DNA of 38,871 nt, taken from positions 1 to 38,871 of IMG/VR virus record IMGVR_UViG_3300037047_000112. One strand, given 5' to 3'. This document shows, one piece after another, positions 1-9,270 of this stretch (position 1 is the stretch's first letter; the number at the start of each line of letters is the position of its first letter). The notes under the pieces are model-generated. The model was not told the origin of the DNA and searched no databases. It saw only the letters and a program-made list of their open reading frames with translations. A program made the translations under genes and the position numbers. The stretch comes from a virus (taxonomy: Duplodnaviria; Caudoviricetes).

Positions 1-2636
1 CGGATGAGCACCACTTCGCGGCCAGTCGGCAGATGGGGTAGGAGGAATCGGACGAAACTGTACAACCGCTCCAAATCGGGATCAGTCCAAGGCATGATTT
101 GACTGAGGAAGGCATAGAGGTGCACGTAGCTGCGAAGTTTGTCGCGGAATAACTGCCTGACGTCATCGTCCTCCAACGCTTTGAATCGGTCGACCGCAGG
201 CTGTAAGTGCTTCTCCATCCGCGCGTGGTCGTGTACGTTGTGTTGGGTCAGCGGTTTGTAGAATATTGCCGCAAACGCTTCCACCTCCGACCAGTGATAC
301 ACCTGCATTTCGTCCATTTCGTGCTTGAGCGTTTCCAACTGCTCCGGGTCAGAAGTCTCCTGCAAGCTGGTGGTATCGTAATACGGCTTGAAGGCGGAGT
401 AGATTTCCTCGGGATCGTTTACGAAATCGAGGACAAACGGCGCTTCCTTGCCGGGATGCGTACGGTTCAGCCGCGAAAGGGTCTGCACAGCCTGCACGCC
501 CGCGAGCCGCTTGTCCACATACATGCTTTGAAGCAGAGGTTGGTCAAACCCGGTTTGATACTTGTTGGCCACCAACAGGATCTGATAATCGGAGCTGTCG
601 AATCGCTCGGGTAACCTCGATTCGCTTATGCTCTTGCCGGTCACCACGTCTTTGTTCATTCCTGGCTCGGTATATTCGAGACCTGTATCCGGGTCCTTCA
701 CCGTGCCGCTGAAGGCGACCAGCGGCCGCACGTCGTCGTACCCGTTGTCGGCGATGTATTTCTCGAAGGCCAGCATGTATCGCACAGCGTGAAGGCGCGA
801 ACTGGTGACCACCATCGCCTTGGCCCGATTACCGATCTGGTGCTTCGCGTTCCGCCGGAAATGTTCGACCATGATCGCGGTCTTCTGCTCGATATTGACG
901 GGATGCAAACTCATGAATCGGGCCAGGGACCGCGTCGCCTTCTTTTTGGGAAACTTCGGATCGTCTTCGATGGCCTTCACCAGCCGGTAGTAGGTGGCGT
1001 AGGTGGTGTAGTTCCTCACCACGTCCAAAATGAAGCCCTCCTCGATGGCCTGCCGCATGGAGTAGAGGTGGAACGCCTCGGGCAAGCCGCCCGGACCCTT
1101 GCGGCCGAAAAGCTCCAGCGTCTTGCCCTTGGGCGTGGCGGTGAAGGCGAAGAAGCTGAGGTTCGGTTGGCGACCCCGCGACTGCATCACCTGGTTGAGG
1201 CGGTCTTCCCAATCGGGTTCCTCCTCGGCGCTGTCCGCATTGGCCACCGCGCCGAGGATGGCCTTCAGCTCGCGCGCCGTCTCGCCGGTCTGGCTGGAGT
1301 GCGCCTCGTCCACGATGACGGCGTAGCGGCGCTTGGCGATCTCGGCTTCCCACTTGGCGGCGTCGGCCTTCTGCTCGGCGGTGGCCTCTTCCTGCCTCTC
1401 CGCCCCTGCGGCATGGAGCAGGCCGCGCAGAACGAACGGGAACTTCTGGAGCGTGGTGACGACGATCTTCGTGCCGTCGATGAGGGCGGCGGCGAGCTGC
1501 TTGGCGTCCTGGTCGATGGCCTTGACGACGCCCTGCGAATGCTCGATCTGGTAGATGGCGTCCTGCAGTTGCTGGTCGAGCACCTGCCGGTCGGTGATGA
1601 CGACCACGCAGTCGAACACCTTGACGCTGTCCGCATTGTGGAGGCTGGCGAGGCGATGCGAGAGCCACGAGATGCTGTTCGTCTTGCCGCTGCCGGCCGA
1701 ATGCTGGATCAGGTAGTTGCGGCCGGCGCCCTGGGAGCCCGCGGCGGCGACCAGCTTCCGCACGCCGTCGAGCTGGTGGTAGCGCGGGAAGATCATCGTC
1801 TCCTTCGTCACCACGCGATGCCCGCCACGGCCGTCTTCGACCTTCTCCTCCTTCTTCTCCAGGAACAGGAAGTGCCCCAGGATGTCGAGGAAGCTCCCGA
1901 ACTGCAGGACCTCTTCCCAAAAATAGCCCGTGCGGTAGCCGGAGGGGTGCCGGGGGTTGCCCGCGCCGCAGACGATCTCGCCCGGATGGCTGCCGCGGTT
2001 GAAGGGGAGAAAGCGCGTCTTCTCGCCAGCCAGCCGGGTCGTCATGTGGACTTCGTCCGGGTCGGCGGCGAAATGCACCAACGCCCGCTTCTTGAACTCG
2101 AACAAGGGGGCGCGCGGATCGCGGTCCTCCTGGTATTGGCGCACGGCGTTCCGCCAGCTCTGGCCCGTGCCGGGGTTCTTCAGCTCGATCGTCGCAACGG
2201 GGAGGCCGTTCACCGCCAGCGCGAGGTCCAGTGTGCGGTTGTCGCCTGGATGACAGGGCACCTGCCGCGTGACGGTCAGGCGGTTCTTGCCGAACTGCGC
2301 CAGCACCTCGTAGTTGGCGCCGTGGGCAGGCTTGAAGAAGGCGAGGCGGAAGGTCTTGCCGTAGAACTTGAAGCCATGCCGCAGCACGCTGAGCGAGCCT
2401 TTGGCGTCCAGTTCCTTGACCAGCGTGGCGAGGAGCATCGGCTCCAGACCTTCGCCGTGGAGCGCGCGCATGTCGGCCCACAGTTTCGGTTGCGTGTCTG
2501 CGAGGAACGCGAAGACCTGCGACGGGAACAGCGCCCGCTCCTTGTCCCACTCGGCGTTGCTGCCGGACGTCCAACCGCACGTCCGCAGGGTCTGCGCGAC
2601 AAAGGTCTCGAAGGCGTGCTCGGTGGTCTGGCTCAT
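1..2636 (-). CDS. hsdR: Type I restriction endonuclease subunit R (3' end outside window)
   Basis: Translated by hand from ATG 2636: MSQTTEHAFETFV..., nuclease motif D-x-ALAVNGLPVATIELKN, helicase motifs RYHQL, QHSAGSGKT, VVITDR, TTLQKF, IVDEAHSSQ. Absent from the ORF track because it has no stop in the window; ATGA overlap with the upstream gene. Confidence 0.95.
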   Translation of the reverse strand, partial: MSQTTEHAFETFVAQTLRTCGWTSGSNAEWDKERALFPSQVFAFLADTQPKLWADMRALHGEGLEPMLLATLVKELDAKGSLSVLRHGFKFYGKTFRLAFFKPAHGANYEVLAQFGKNRLTVTRQVPCHPGDNRTLDLALAVNGLPVATIELKNPGTGQSWRNAVRQYQEDRDPRAPLFEFKKRALVHFAADPDEVHMTTRLAGEKTRFLPFNRGSHPGEIVCGAGNPRHPSGYRTGYFWEEVLQFGSFLDILGHFLFLEKKEEKVEDGRGGHRVVTKETMIFPRYHQLDGVRKLVAAAGSQGAGRNYLIQHSAGSGKTNSISWLSHRLASLHNADSVKVFDCVVVITDRQVLDQQLQDAIYQIEHSQGVVKAIDQDAKQLAAALIDGTKIVVTTLQKFPFVLRGLLHAAGAERQEEATAEQKADAAKWEAEIAKRRYAVIVDEAHSSQTGETARELKAILGAVANADSAEEEPDWEDRLNQVMQSRGRQPNLSFFAFTATPKGKTLELFGRKGPGGLPEAFHLYSMRQAIEEGFILDVVRNYTTYATYYRLVKAIEDDPKFPKKKATRSLARFMSLHPVNIEQKTAIMVEHFRRNAKHQIGNRAKAMVVTSSRLHAVRYMLAFEKYIADNGYDDVRPLVAFSGTVKDPDTGLEYTEPGMNKDVVTGKSISESRLPERFDSSDYQILLVANKYQTGFDQPLLQSMYVDKRLAGVQAVQTLSRLNRTHPGKEAPFVLDFVNDPEEIYSAFKPYYDTTSLQETSDPEQLETLKHEMDEMQVYHWSEVEAFAAIFYKPLTQHNVHDHARMEKHLQPAVDRFKALEDDDVRQLFRDKLRSYVHLYAFLSQIMPWTDPDLERLYSFVRFLLPHLPTGREVVLI

Positions 2637-3802
2637 GGCAGGGCTTTCAGCTCGAGTGTGTCGATCTCCCGCAGAGGCAGCGCGGTGATCTTCTCCGTCA
2701 TCGGGTAACGCAACGTGCCTGGATAGAGCACCCAGAGATGCTCCAGTTTCAGGTCGTCCAATGCGATATGCATGGACTTCGTGGTCGTCGGCGCGTCCGT
2801 GCACTTGAACTCGAACCCCCAGCGCCGTCCGCGTCGAAGCAAGAGCAGGTCCAGCTCCGCGCCGCGTTGCGTGCCGTAGAAATACGCATCCCGCTGGCCG
2901 TGGGCAATGAGCGTCTGCTCCAGTGCGAAACCTTCCCAACTCGCGCCGTAGCGCGGGTGGGTGCGCACCGCCAGCATTTCACCGAGGCCGAGCAAGCTGT
3001 GGAGCACGCCGCTGTCGCGCAAGTAGACCTTCGGCGATTTCACCAGCCGCTTGCCCAGGTTCTCGAACCATGGCGGCAACACCCGCACCATGAAGGTGCC
3101 AGCGAGCAGATCCCGGTAGTGATTCACCGCCGTCGCGCTCACATCCATCGAACGGGCCAGTTCGGCGGCGTTCCAAACCTGCCCGTGGAAATGGGCCAGC
3201 ATCCGCCAGAATCGACCCAACGCCTCCGGGGCCACCTTCGATCCCAGCCCCGGAATGTCCCGTTCCAGAAATGTGCGCGTGAAGCCCTGCATCCACCGCT
3301 CCCAACCCGCCGTGGTCGCGGCGAGGAAGGCGCGCGGAAATCCGCCTCGCAGCCACAGCCGGTCCTGCTCCTCGACGCCTGCTTCGGAGAGGGAAAACCC
3401 CGCCACATCCACAAACTGAATCCGGCCCGCGAGCGTCTCCGATACGCCCTTGACCAGCTCCCACGACGCGCTCCCGAGCAGCAAGAAAACCGCCTTGCGC
3501 TTGCGGTCGTCGCACAGCGGGCGCAGCAGCGTGAACAGCTCTGGCAGCCGCTGCACCTCGTCCACGATCACCAGCCCCTCGCGCTCCGCCAGCAGCTTTT
3601 CCGGCGTGGCCCGCAAGGCTTCCAGCGTGTCCGGCTTCTCCAGATCGAGAAGCAGCGTTGGTCCGGCCCATGCCGCCGCCACCTGCTCCGCCAGCGTCGT
3701 CTTCCCCACCTGCCGAGCTCCGAGCAAGGCGACCACGGGCGACTCCGCCAGCCGCAAACGGATGGATGCCAGCAGGGCTTCGCGTTGTATAGATTGTTGC
3801 AT
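2633..3802 (-). CDS. AAA_14 ATPase with C-terminal DUF4143 domain
   Basis: GARQVGKTT Walker A, IVDEVQ Walker B, LLGSAS, RGGFP, KRLVKSPKVYLRDSG, GASWEGF, ELDLL...FEFK. Start taken at ATG 3802; the ORF track extends to TTG 3817. Confidence 0.9.
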   Translation of the reverse strand: MQQSIQREALLASIRLRLAESPVVALLGARQVGKTTLAEQVAAAWAGPTLLLDLEKPDTLEALRATPEKLLAEREGLVIVDEVQRLPELFTLLRPLCDDRKRKAVFLLLGSASWELVKGVSETLAGRIQFVDVAGFSLSEAGVEEQDRLWLRGGFPRAFLAATTAGWERWMQGFTRTFLERDIPGLGSKVAPEALGRFWRMLAHFHGQVWNAAELARSMDVSATAVNHYRDLLAGTFMVRVLPPWFENLGKRLVKSPKVYLRDSGVLHSLLGLGEMLAVRTHPRYGASWEGFALEQTLIAHGQRDAYFYGTQRGAELDLLLLRRGRRWGFEFKCTDAPTTTKSMHIALDDLKLEHLWVLYPGTLRYPMTEKITALPLREIDTLELKALP

Positions 3803-3949
3803 ATTGTATCTGCGCAAAACGATATACTACAACCATCGGACGCCAAAGGGAAGTTCATTCGCAGGGGTAATCGGTCAGTGACAGGGGTAGAGCGCTGGAC
3901 GGCGGCAGGGGAGGCAAAGCCATTGGGAGCGCAACTTTGCAAGCGACTT

Positions 3950-3984
3950 AAGGAAACAAAGCAACGGTGTGAGAAAGCACCGAG
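3950..3984 (-). terminator. Possible intrinsic terminator of the late operon
   Basis: Minus strand right after the last late stop codon: CGGTG-ctttctca-CACCG followed by TTGCTTTGTTT; short stem. Confidence 0.35.
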
Positions 3985-4524
3985 CTACGGGAGGGAAACC
4001 GTTACAGATGACGGCATCGATGTAATTACGTATGGGGTCAGCGAACTGTGGAACCCAGATGCACTTACAATTGAGTCGTAGGTTCCAAGAACAGACTTCT
4101 CGCTGCTGCTCTTGCCATAGATCAACGTCATGCCATGGGTTCGTGGTGGATATGGACGGTTGTGATATATATCCAGCCTAACAAAGTGGTCCGGTCCATA
4201 GATAACATCGCACCGACGGTAGCTGTTTGGGGTGTAAGCAACGTACTCCAGCAATTTGAATGTCATCGTCTCGGCATAGGGCGAAAACGTCGTCAAAACC
4301 GTGTCAAACACACACGCCTTCGGCGAAGCCATATCGCCGTACGTAAAGCTTTCCGAAGAAGGAGGTGTGCCGGCAATGAAACTAAACGCACCGGTCCACG
4401 AAAGCAGAACAGTATCTCCTACGGACGGGTAACGGAGGATGCGGCCGGTATTCGGATTTAAAGCCATCCTACCTCCGGAGTGTCGGATTATGTGCCCCAA
4501 TTTGGATGTGTCAGTAAGCGGCAT
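3985..4524 (-). CDS. Hypothetical terminal tail protein, possible receptor-binding module (179 aa, lower GC)
   Basis: ATG 4524 preceded by GAGGA; last gene of the tail operon; S/T/Y-rich, beta-like; visibly AT-richer than its neighbours. Confidence 0.55.
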   Translation of the reverse strand: MPLTDTSKLGHIIRHSGGRMALNPNTGRILRYPSVGDTVLLSWTGAFSFIAGTPPSSESFTYGDMASPKACVFDTVLTTFSPYAETMTFKLLEYVAYTPNSYRRCDVIYGPDHFVRLDIYHNRPYPPRTHGMTLIYGKSSSEKSVLGTYDSIVSASGFHSSLTPYVITSMPSSVTVSLP

Positions 4525-4531
4525 TTGGTCC

Positions 4532-6652
4532 TCACACTTCGGGCGCTTCGATTTCAACGCGCGTCTCGGCCGACACGCTCACAAAGCCGCCGCCTGTAGA
4601 CACCACTAGCTTGCGGAAATAGCCGTAGAGCTTCTTGTCCCCGGCGTGGTAGTAGCCTGGCCGCGTCTGTATCCAGAGCCACAGACCGAGCGGGTTGGGC
4701 GGCGTGCTGGCGTCCACGTCGCCGACGGCCCAGGTGTCGGTCGCGGCCGCTTCGTCGCCCTCGGTGTTGGAGCCGAGAGTCTTGTAGTAGGTCGGCGCCG
4801 ATGCCGCTGCGCCTCCGAGGGTAGCGGCGTCGCCGTAAAGCTCGCTGCAAAGGACCTGGGCCAGCTTGGCCTTTTTGACGCCGGCGTCGTCGTAGACAAC
4901 CCAGAATTCGCGCGGCTGGATGACGGTGGGGGTTTTGTCGCCAGCCGTTGCAAAGGCCGTGCCGGCGGGGTGCAGGTCGATTGCATGGAGATTTTCGTCG
5001 GCGTCCTCGGCGGCGATCCTGAGACGCTGGCGGGAGTGCGCGGGGGCTTCGGCTACGGACTCCTTGGGAAATGCGTCCTGTCCGCTGATAGCCTCGACCG
5101 TGCCGTCGTCGCGCTGCGACCGGGAGACCGGGCGCCGACGCCCGCGCACCGCCCTCCACAGGGCCATGCGGCCGTCGGCCTCCAGGCGCGCGCACGGGCC
5201 GACGGAGACGGATGTGACGCCGGCGGCGATGTCGTAGTCGCATCCCTGAACGACGGCGCGCATGGTGGCCCACTCGGTGCGGGCGCCGGTCCAGTTGACG
5301 ACGCGGCCGGGCCGCACGGCCAGCGTGCATTCGTCCTCGTCGATCTGGCACGAGCCGTCCCAATGCAGCAATGCCCACTCGGCGTACAGCGCGGCGGCGA
5401 GGCCGGATGGCACGCCCTCGGACGTGCCAACGGCAATCGTCTTGCTGTAGGTCCGCGTGGTGGCGTTCGTCGAAATCAGCGTGAGAGGCACGACGGCCTC
5501 GGCCTGGTCCGCCACTTCGCCTTCCGCGTCGCGCGTCACGTAGGCGACGACGCAGCTGATCGTCTCGCGCTCCGTCCCGACTCCTGACATCCAGCCCGCG
5601 ACGGCGCCCTCGACCAGGTAGCGGGGATAGACCTCGGCGCCGTCGGACGTGTAGGAGACGATGCTCCAGTCGTCGGTGGGCAGGTCGGCCAGCCACGGGA
5701 CAAACCCGGCGAGCCAGGCCTTGTCCGCCGTGATGTCCGCCGGGTACGTGCCGGTGACGACCTTCTGGGTGAGCGTCTCCGTCGAGCGGCCTTCGAGGTC
5801 CACCACCACGGAGGCGCGCTCGGGCGCGTCCGCGTCGCCCGCGGTCGCGTACGCGCGGCGCTCGTAGGGCTTGCCGTCCTTGGTCCCGGCGATGCGGTAG
5901 GTGACGACGACGCCGGGCACCTGCAGGTCGTAGCGCGGCGTGAACGCTGCGCTGGTGACGATGCCGCCGTGCAGCGCGACGTCGACCGCCGTCATGGACG
6001 CGGCTGCGGTCACGTTGGCCTGCGGCGTGTAGACGCCCGCCTCCTGGTGGTCGTAGTCCCACCAGAGCACGTGCGTCGGCGTCCAGCGCAGGCAGGCGAT
6101 AATGGCGTCCCAGCAGGTGACGTTTTCCTTCTCGTCAAGCGGGGCCGTGAGGCCCGCCGCGACGGTGCCTGCCACGATGGGGATGCCGCGCGCTGCGGCG
6201 AACGCGACAACGTCGCCGATCTGCCCGCCGGTGGTGCGCCGCGTGCCCGCCTGGTTCTCGCCGAGGATCACGCGCGGCTCGTAGGCGAGCGCGGCCGTGC
6301 CGTCGTCTTCGGTGATCACCTTCCACTGCTGCGCGTACTCGGTGCGCGCCAGCCGGGCGGACGGACCGCCCGCGCGGTAGGAGATCGATTCCGGGCCGCC
6401 GCCCGCCGTCTGCCGCGGAATGCTCTCCACCCAGCCTACGAACCAGCACACGTCGGTCGCTCCGTCGCGGCGGATCAGGCAGACCTTGCTCGCGTTCGGG
6501 AACGCGGGGTCGGCGGCGTAGTCTTCCTCGACGGTCCACTCCAGGGAGTCGGCCCCGTTGGCGACGAGGTGCAGCACGCATCGCGTGACGCCGAGGGAGG
6601 CGAGGGTCGCCGGGGTCCCGGCGTTGAGCTTGATCAGCCAGGATACGGCCAT
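4532..6652 (-). CDS. Tail tip / baseplate hub-like protein (706 aa)
   Basis: Large beta-rich ORF directly after the tape measure; hub-like segments WFVGWVESIPR and VRPGRVVNW...VVQGCDYDI. Confidence 0.65.
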   Translation of the reverse strand: MAVSWLIKLNAGTPATLASLGVTRCVLHLVANGADSLEWTVEEDYAADPAFPNASKVCLIRRDGATDVCWFVGWVESIPRQTAGGGPESISYRAGGPSARLARTEYAQQWKVITEDDGTAALAYEPRVILGENQAGTRRTTGGQIGDVVAFAAARGIPIVAGTVAAGLTAPLDEKENVTCWDAIIACLRWTPTHVLWWDYDHQEAGVYTPQANVTAAASMTAVDVALHGGIVTSAAFTPRYDLQVPGVVVTYRIAGTKDGKPYERRAYATAGDADAPERASVVVDLEGRSTETLTQKVVTGTYPADITADKAWLAGFVPWLADLPTDDWSIVSYTSDGAEVYPRYLVEGAVAGWMSGVGTERETISCVVAYVTRDAEGEVADQAEAVVPLTLISTNATTRTYSKTIAVGTSEGVPSGLAAALYAEWALLHWDGSCQIDEDECTLAVRPGRVVNWTGARTEWATMRAVVQGCDYDIAAGVTSVSVGPCARLEADGRMALWRAVRGRRRPVSRSQRDDGTVEAISGQDAFPKESVAEAPAHSRQRLRIAAEDADENLHAIDLHPAGTAFATAGDKTPTVIQPREFWVVYDDAGVKKAKLAQVLCSELYGDAATLGGAAASAPTYYKTLGSNTEGDEAAATDTWAVGDVDASTPPNPLGLWLWIQTRPGYYHAGDKKLYGYFRKLVVSTGGGFVSVSAETRVEIEAPEV

Positions 6653-6659
6653 GGAAACC

Positions 6660-8684
6660 TCAGACGTTGGGGATTTGGGAAACGGCGGCCTTGAGGTCGC
6701 GCATCTGCTGCGCCTGCTGGCGCTGCGACTCCTGGAACGCGCGGAACAGGTCGGTCGCGGCGTCCATCGAATCCTCGGTCGCCTTGCGCGCCGCGCCCGC
6801 CTCGTCGGCCATGCGCTGCGCGCCGGTGCCGGCTGCCGCCGACGATCCCGCGACCGAAACCGCCGCGGGAGCCGCCGTGGCCGCGGACGGCACGGCAGCG
6901 GACGCGACCGGGCCAGGAGCGCCGGGCAGCGCGCCGCGCACGCCGGCGAGGTTGGCCTCGTACGTCGCGCCTACGTCCACGCCCGTGCGCCGCGACAAAC
7001 CCTCGACGATGCGCCCGCCCGCCGTTCCAATGCGCTCGCGCGATGCCGCGAAGCTTTCGCCCGCCTGAGACAGCGCGCCGCCGATGTCCTGGTCGCGGTT
7101 CGCGGTCGCGATGGCGACGGCCTGGTCTAGGTCGAGCGAGTCGATGTACTCGCGCTGTTGCTTCTTGCGCCGTTTGAACTGCTCCTGGCTCATCATCGCG
7201 TCGTCGCCCCCGAACACATTGGACGGCACGCCCAGCGACTCGGCTTGTTCCGGGGAAAGGTTCGCGATGTTCTTGCGCGCGGCCTCGCGGGCGGCCTTCG
7301 TCTCGTCGCGGCCCCAGATGTCGATCTTCATCACCTCGCCTTTGATCGCCGCGCCGAATATCTTCGCCAGCGCCACGACGACCGTCCCGAGGCTGCGCAG
7401 GCCCTCGGCCAGCAGCGTGACCACGAGGTCCACCAGCGCGTTGACCGTCGCCGAGATGGCGCCGCCGATGCTGGTCTTGCCGAGCACGTCGATCACGGTC
7501 TGGACGCCCGCCACGGCCTGCGCCACGAGGTCCGCGATCCGCGACGACAGCCCCTCGACGAACCCGGCGAACCCCTTGCCGTCGCCCAGCGCGTTGAGCT
7601 TCTTCGCGACGAAGTCGATGACGGGCTTGAGCTTCGTGTCGAGCGCCTCGCCGACCTGCGACACCAGCTCCCGGATGCTCTGCCAGATCCGGGGCCAGTG
7701 CCCGACCTGCGAGTCGACCTTGGCGAAGGCCTCCTCCAGCCCGCCGCCCTCGGCGCGCATCGTGGCGAGGTCGGCGGCGGCGTTGGCCGCGTTCTCCCCG
7801 ATCATGGCCAGCACGGCGCCGACGTTCTCGCGGCCGAAGGCCTTCTCAAGGGCGACGGCGCTGAAGCCCGCCTCCGATCCCACCTTCTGCAACGCCTCCT
7901 GGAACGTCATGCTCTTCGACCATCCGTCCCCGAGCTCGCCGTTGAGCGCCAGCATGGAGTTGCGGATCTGCGTCATCGCGGTGGCGGTCGGGACGCCCTG
8001 CTTCGTGAGCGTCGCGACGGCCGCGAGCACCTGGTCGAGCCCGACGCCGAGCGCGGATGCCGTCGGGGCGGCCTGCGAGATGTAGGCGGCCAAGTCGCCG
8101 AACGTCGTCTTGCCGTTGGCGACGGTTTTGAACATCAGGTCCGTCACGGCGGCGGCCTGCGAAGTCTCCATCTTGTACGAGTTGAGGACGGTCGTGATGC
8201 CGTCGATGGCCGTCTCGATGGTGGAACCGTCGGCGACCGCCACTTTTGCCGCGGTGCGCAGGAACGGGATGAGCTGGTCCTGCGCGACGCCCGAGCTCAG
8301 CGCCTGGTACCAGCCCTTGCCCAGTTCCGACTTCGCGACGCCCAGCTCCGGCGACAGCTTGCTGATCTCCTTGCGCAGTTTGACGAAGCCCTCGCGCCCG
8401 GTGTCCATCATCGTCCAGGCGCGCGCGGCCTCCTTGTTCCAGACGTAGAACTCGCGAACGCTTCCCGCGACCGCCCCGGCCGTCGCCAGCGAGGCCTTCT
8501 TCAGCCCGTCGGCCACCGCGTGGAACCCCTTGTTGAGCCCCGCCGCGACGGTCGCCAGCCCGGCGTACGCCGCCTTCAGCACGCCGACCTCGGAGACGTG
8601 CTTCTTGAGGAACCCGCCGATTTTGGTGATCCCCGTCGCGTCGGCGACGGTCTTCAGGAAGATCTTGACGTCCTTGCTAGCCAC
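6660..8684 (-). CDS. Tail tape measure protein (TP901 family, 674 aa)
   Basis: Core motifs ELGKGWYQALSSG, AAKVAVA, TTVLNSY, DLMFKTVANGKTTFGDLA, AFGRENV; Ala/Gly-rich helical. Confidence 0.92.
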   Translation of the reverse strand: MASKDVKIFLKTVADATGITKIGGFLKKHVSEVGVLKAAYAGLATVAAGLNKGFHAVADGLKKASLATAGAVAGSVREFYVWNKEAARAWTMMDTGREGFVKLRKEISKLSPELGVAKSELGKGWYQALSSGVAQDQLIPFLRTAAKVAVADGSTIETAIDGITTVLNSYKMETSQAAAVTDLMFKTVANGKTTFGDLAAYISQAAPTASALGVGLDQVLAAVATLTKQGVPTATAMTQIRNSMLALNGELGDGWSKSMTFQEALQKVGSEAGFSAVALEKAFGRENVGAVLAMIGENAANAAADLATMRAEGGGLEEAFAKVDSQVGHWPRIWQSIRELVSQVGEALDTKLKPVIDFVAKKLNALGDGKGFAGFVEGLSSRIADLVAQAVAGVQTVIDVLGKTSIGGAISATVNALVDLVVTLLAEGLRSLGTVVVALAKIFGAAIKGEVMKIDIWGRDETKAAREAARKNIANLSPEQAESLGVPSNVFGGDDAMMSQEQFKRRKKQQREYIDSLDLDQAVAIATANRDQDIGGALSQAGESFAASRERIGTAGGRIVEGLSRRTGVDVGATYEANLAGVRGALPGAPGPVASAAVPSAATAAPAAVSVAGSSAAAGTGAQRMADEAGAARKATEDSMDAATDLFRAFQESQRQQAQQMRDLKAAVSQIPNV

Positions 8685-9270
8685 GGGCGGCCTCCTCGAT
8701 GTAGATGTCCAGCGCCCGGAGCGCGCCTTCGCGGTAGTCGTCGTCGGCGGGCAGCACGCCCGCGTCGGCCTTGTGCGTCGTCTCCTTCTTCAGCACGAAC
8801 AGGATCGACAGCATCCCGTTCGCCGCGCTCTGCGCCAGGAACGCCTTCTTGGCCTTCGTCACAACGAGGCGCAGGTTGTCGAACTCGCCGGGCGTCCTGC
8901 CTTCGGCCTTCGTCCCCGAAAGCGGGATCGCCAGCTTGCGGATGGGCTTGCCGGTGACGAGCGACACGCGCCCGCTCGGGCGCACCGTGCCGCCGAAGTA
9001 GCGCAGCGCGAGGCCCTCGTGCGGGATGGCGACCAGCGCCCCGTTGACCACGGCGCGGGAGACCACGGCGTCCGCCGCGCGCCCGTAGAAGTTGTGCGCC
9101 ACGCCGCCGCGGTGCCGCGTGCGCGAGAGCTTTCGCAGGTGCTCGCGCGTCGTGTCCGCGCCCGCCTCCGCGACGACGCGGTTGGCGGGCAGCCCGCCGA
9201 GCCCGGCTTCCAGCCTGGCCAGCATGGCGCGCACCTCGGCGTCGTCGTAGGAAACGCTCATCGCGATCAC
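8677..9270 (-). CDS. Virion morphogenesis / tail completion protein (Mu gpG-like, 197 aa)
   Basis: GTG 9270 overlapping the upstream stop; motif LRYFGGTVRP...KLAIPL; adjacent to the gpF-like gene. Confidence 0.65.
   Translation of the reverse strand: MIAMSVSYDDAEVRAMLARLEAGLGGLPANRVVAEAGADTTREHLRKLSRTRHRGGVAHNFYGRAADAVVSRAVVNGALVAIPHEGLALRYFGGTVRPSGRVSLVTGKPIRKLAIPLSGTKAEGRTPGEFDNLRLVVTKAKKAFLAQSAANGMLSILFVLKKETTHKADAGVLPADDDYREGALRALDIYIEEAARG

Noticed and set aside
207-2708. Long plus-strand ORFs 207-614 and 789-2708
   Set aside because: In-register antisense shadows of hsdR; no motifs.
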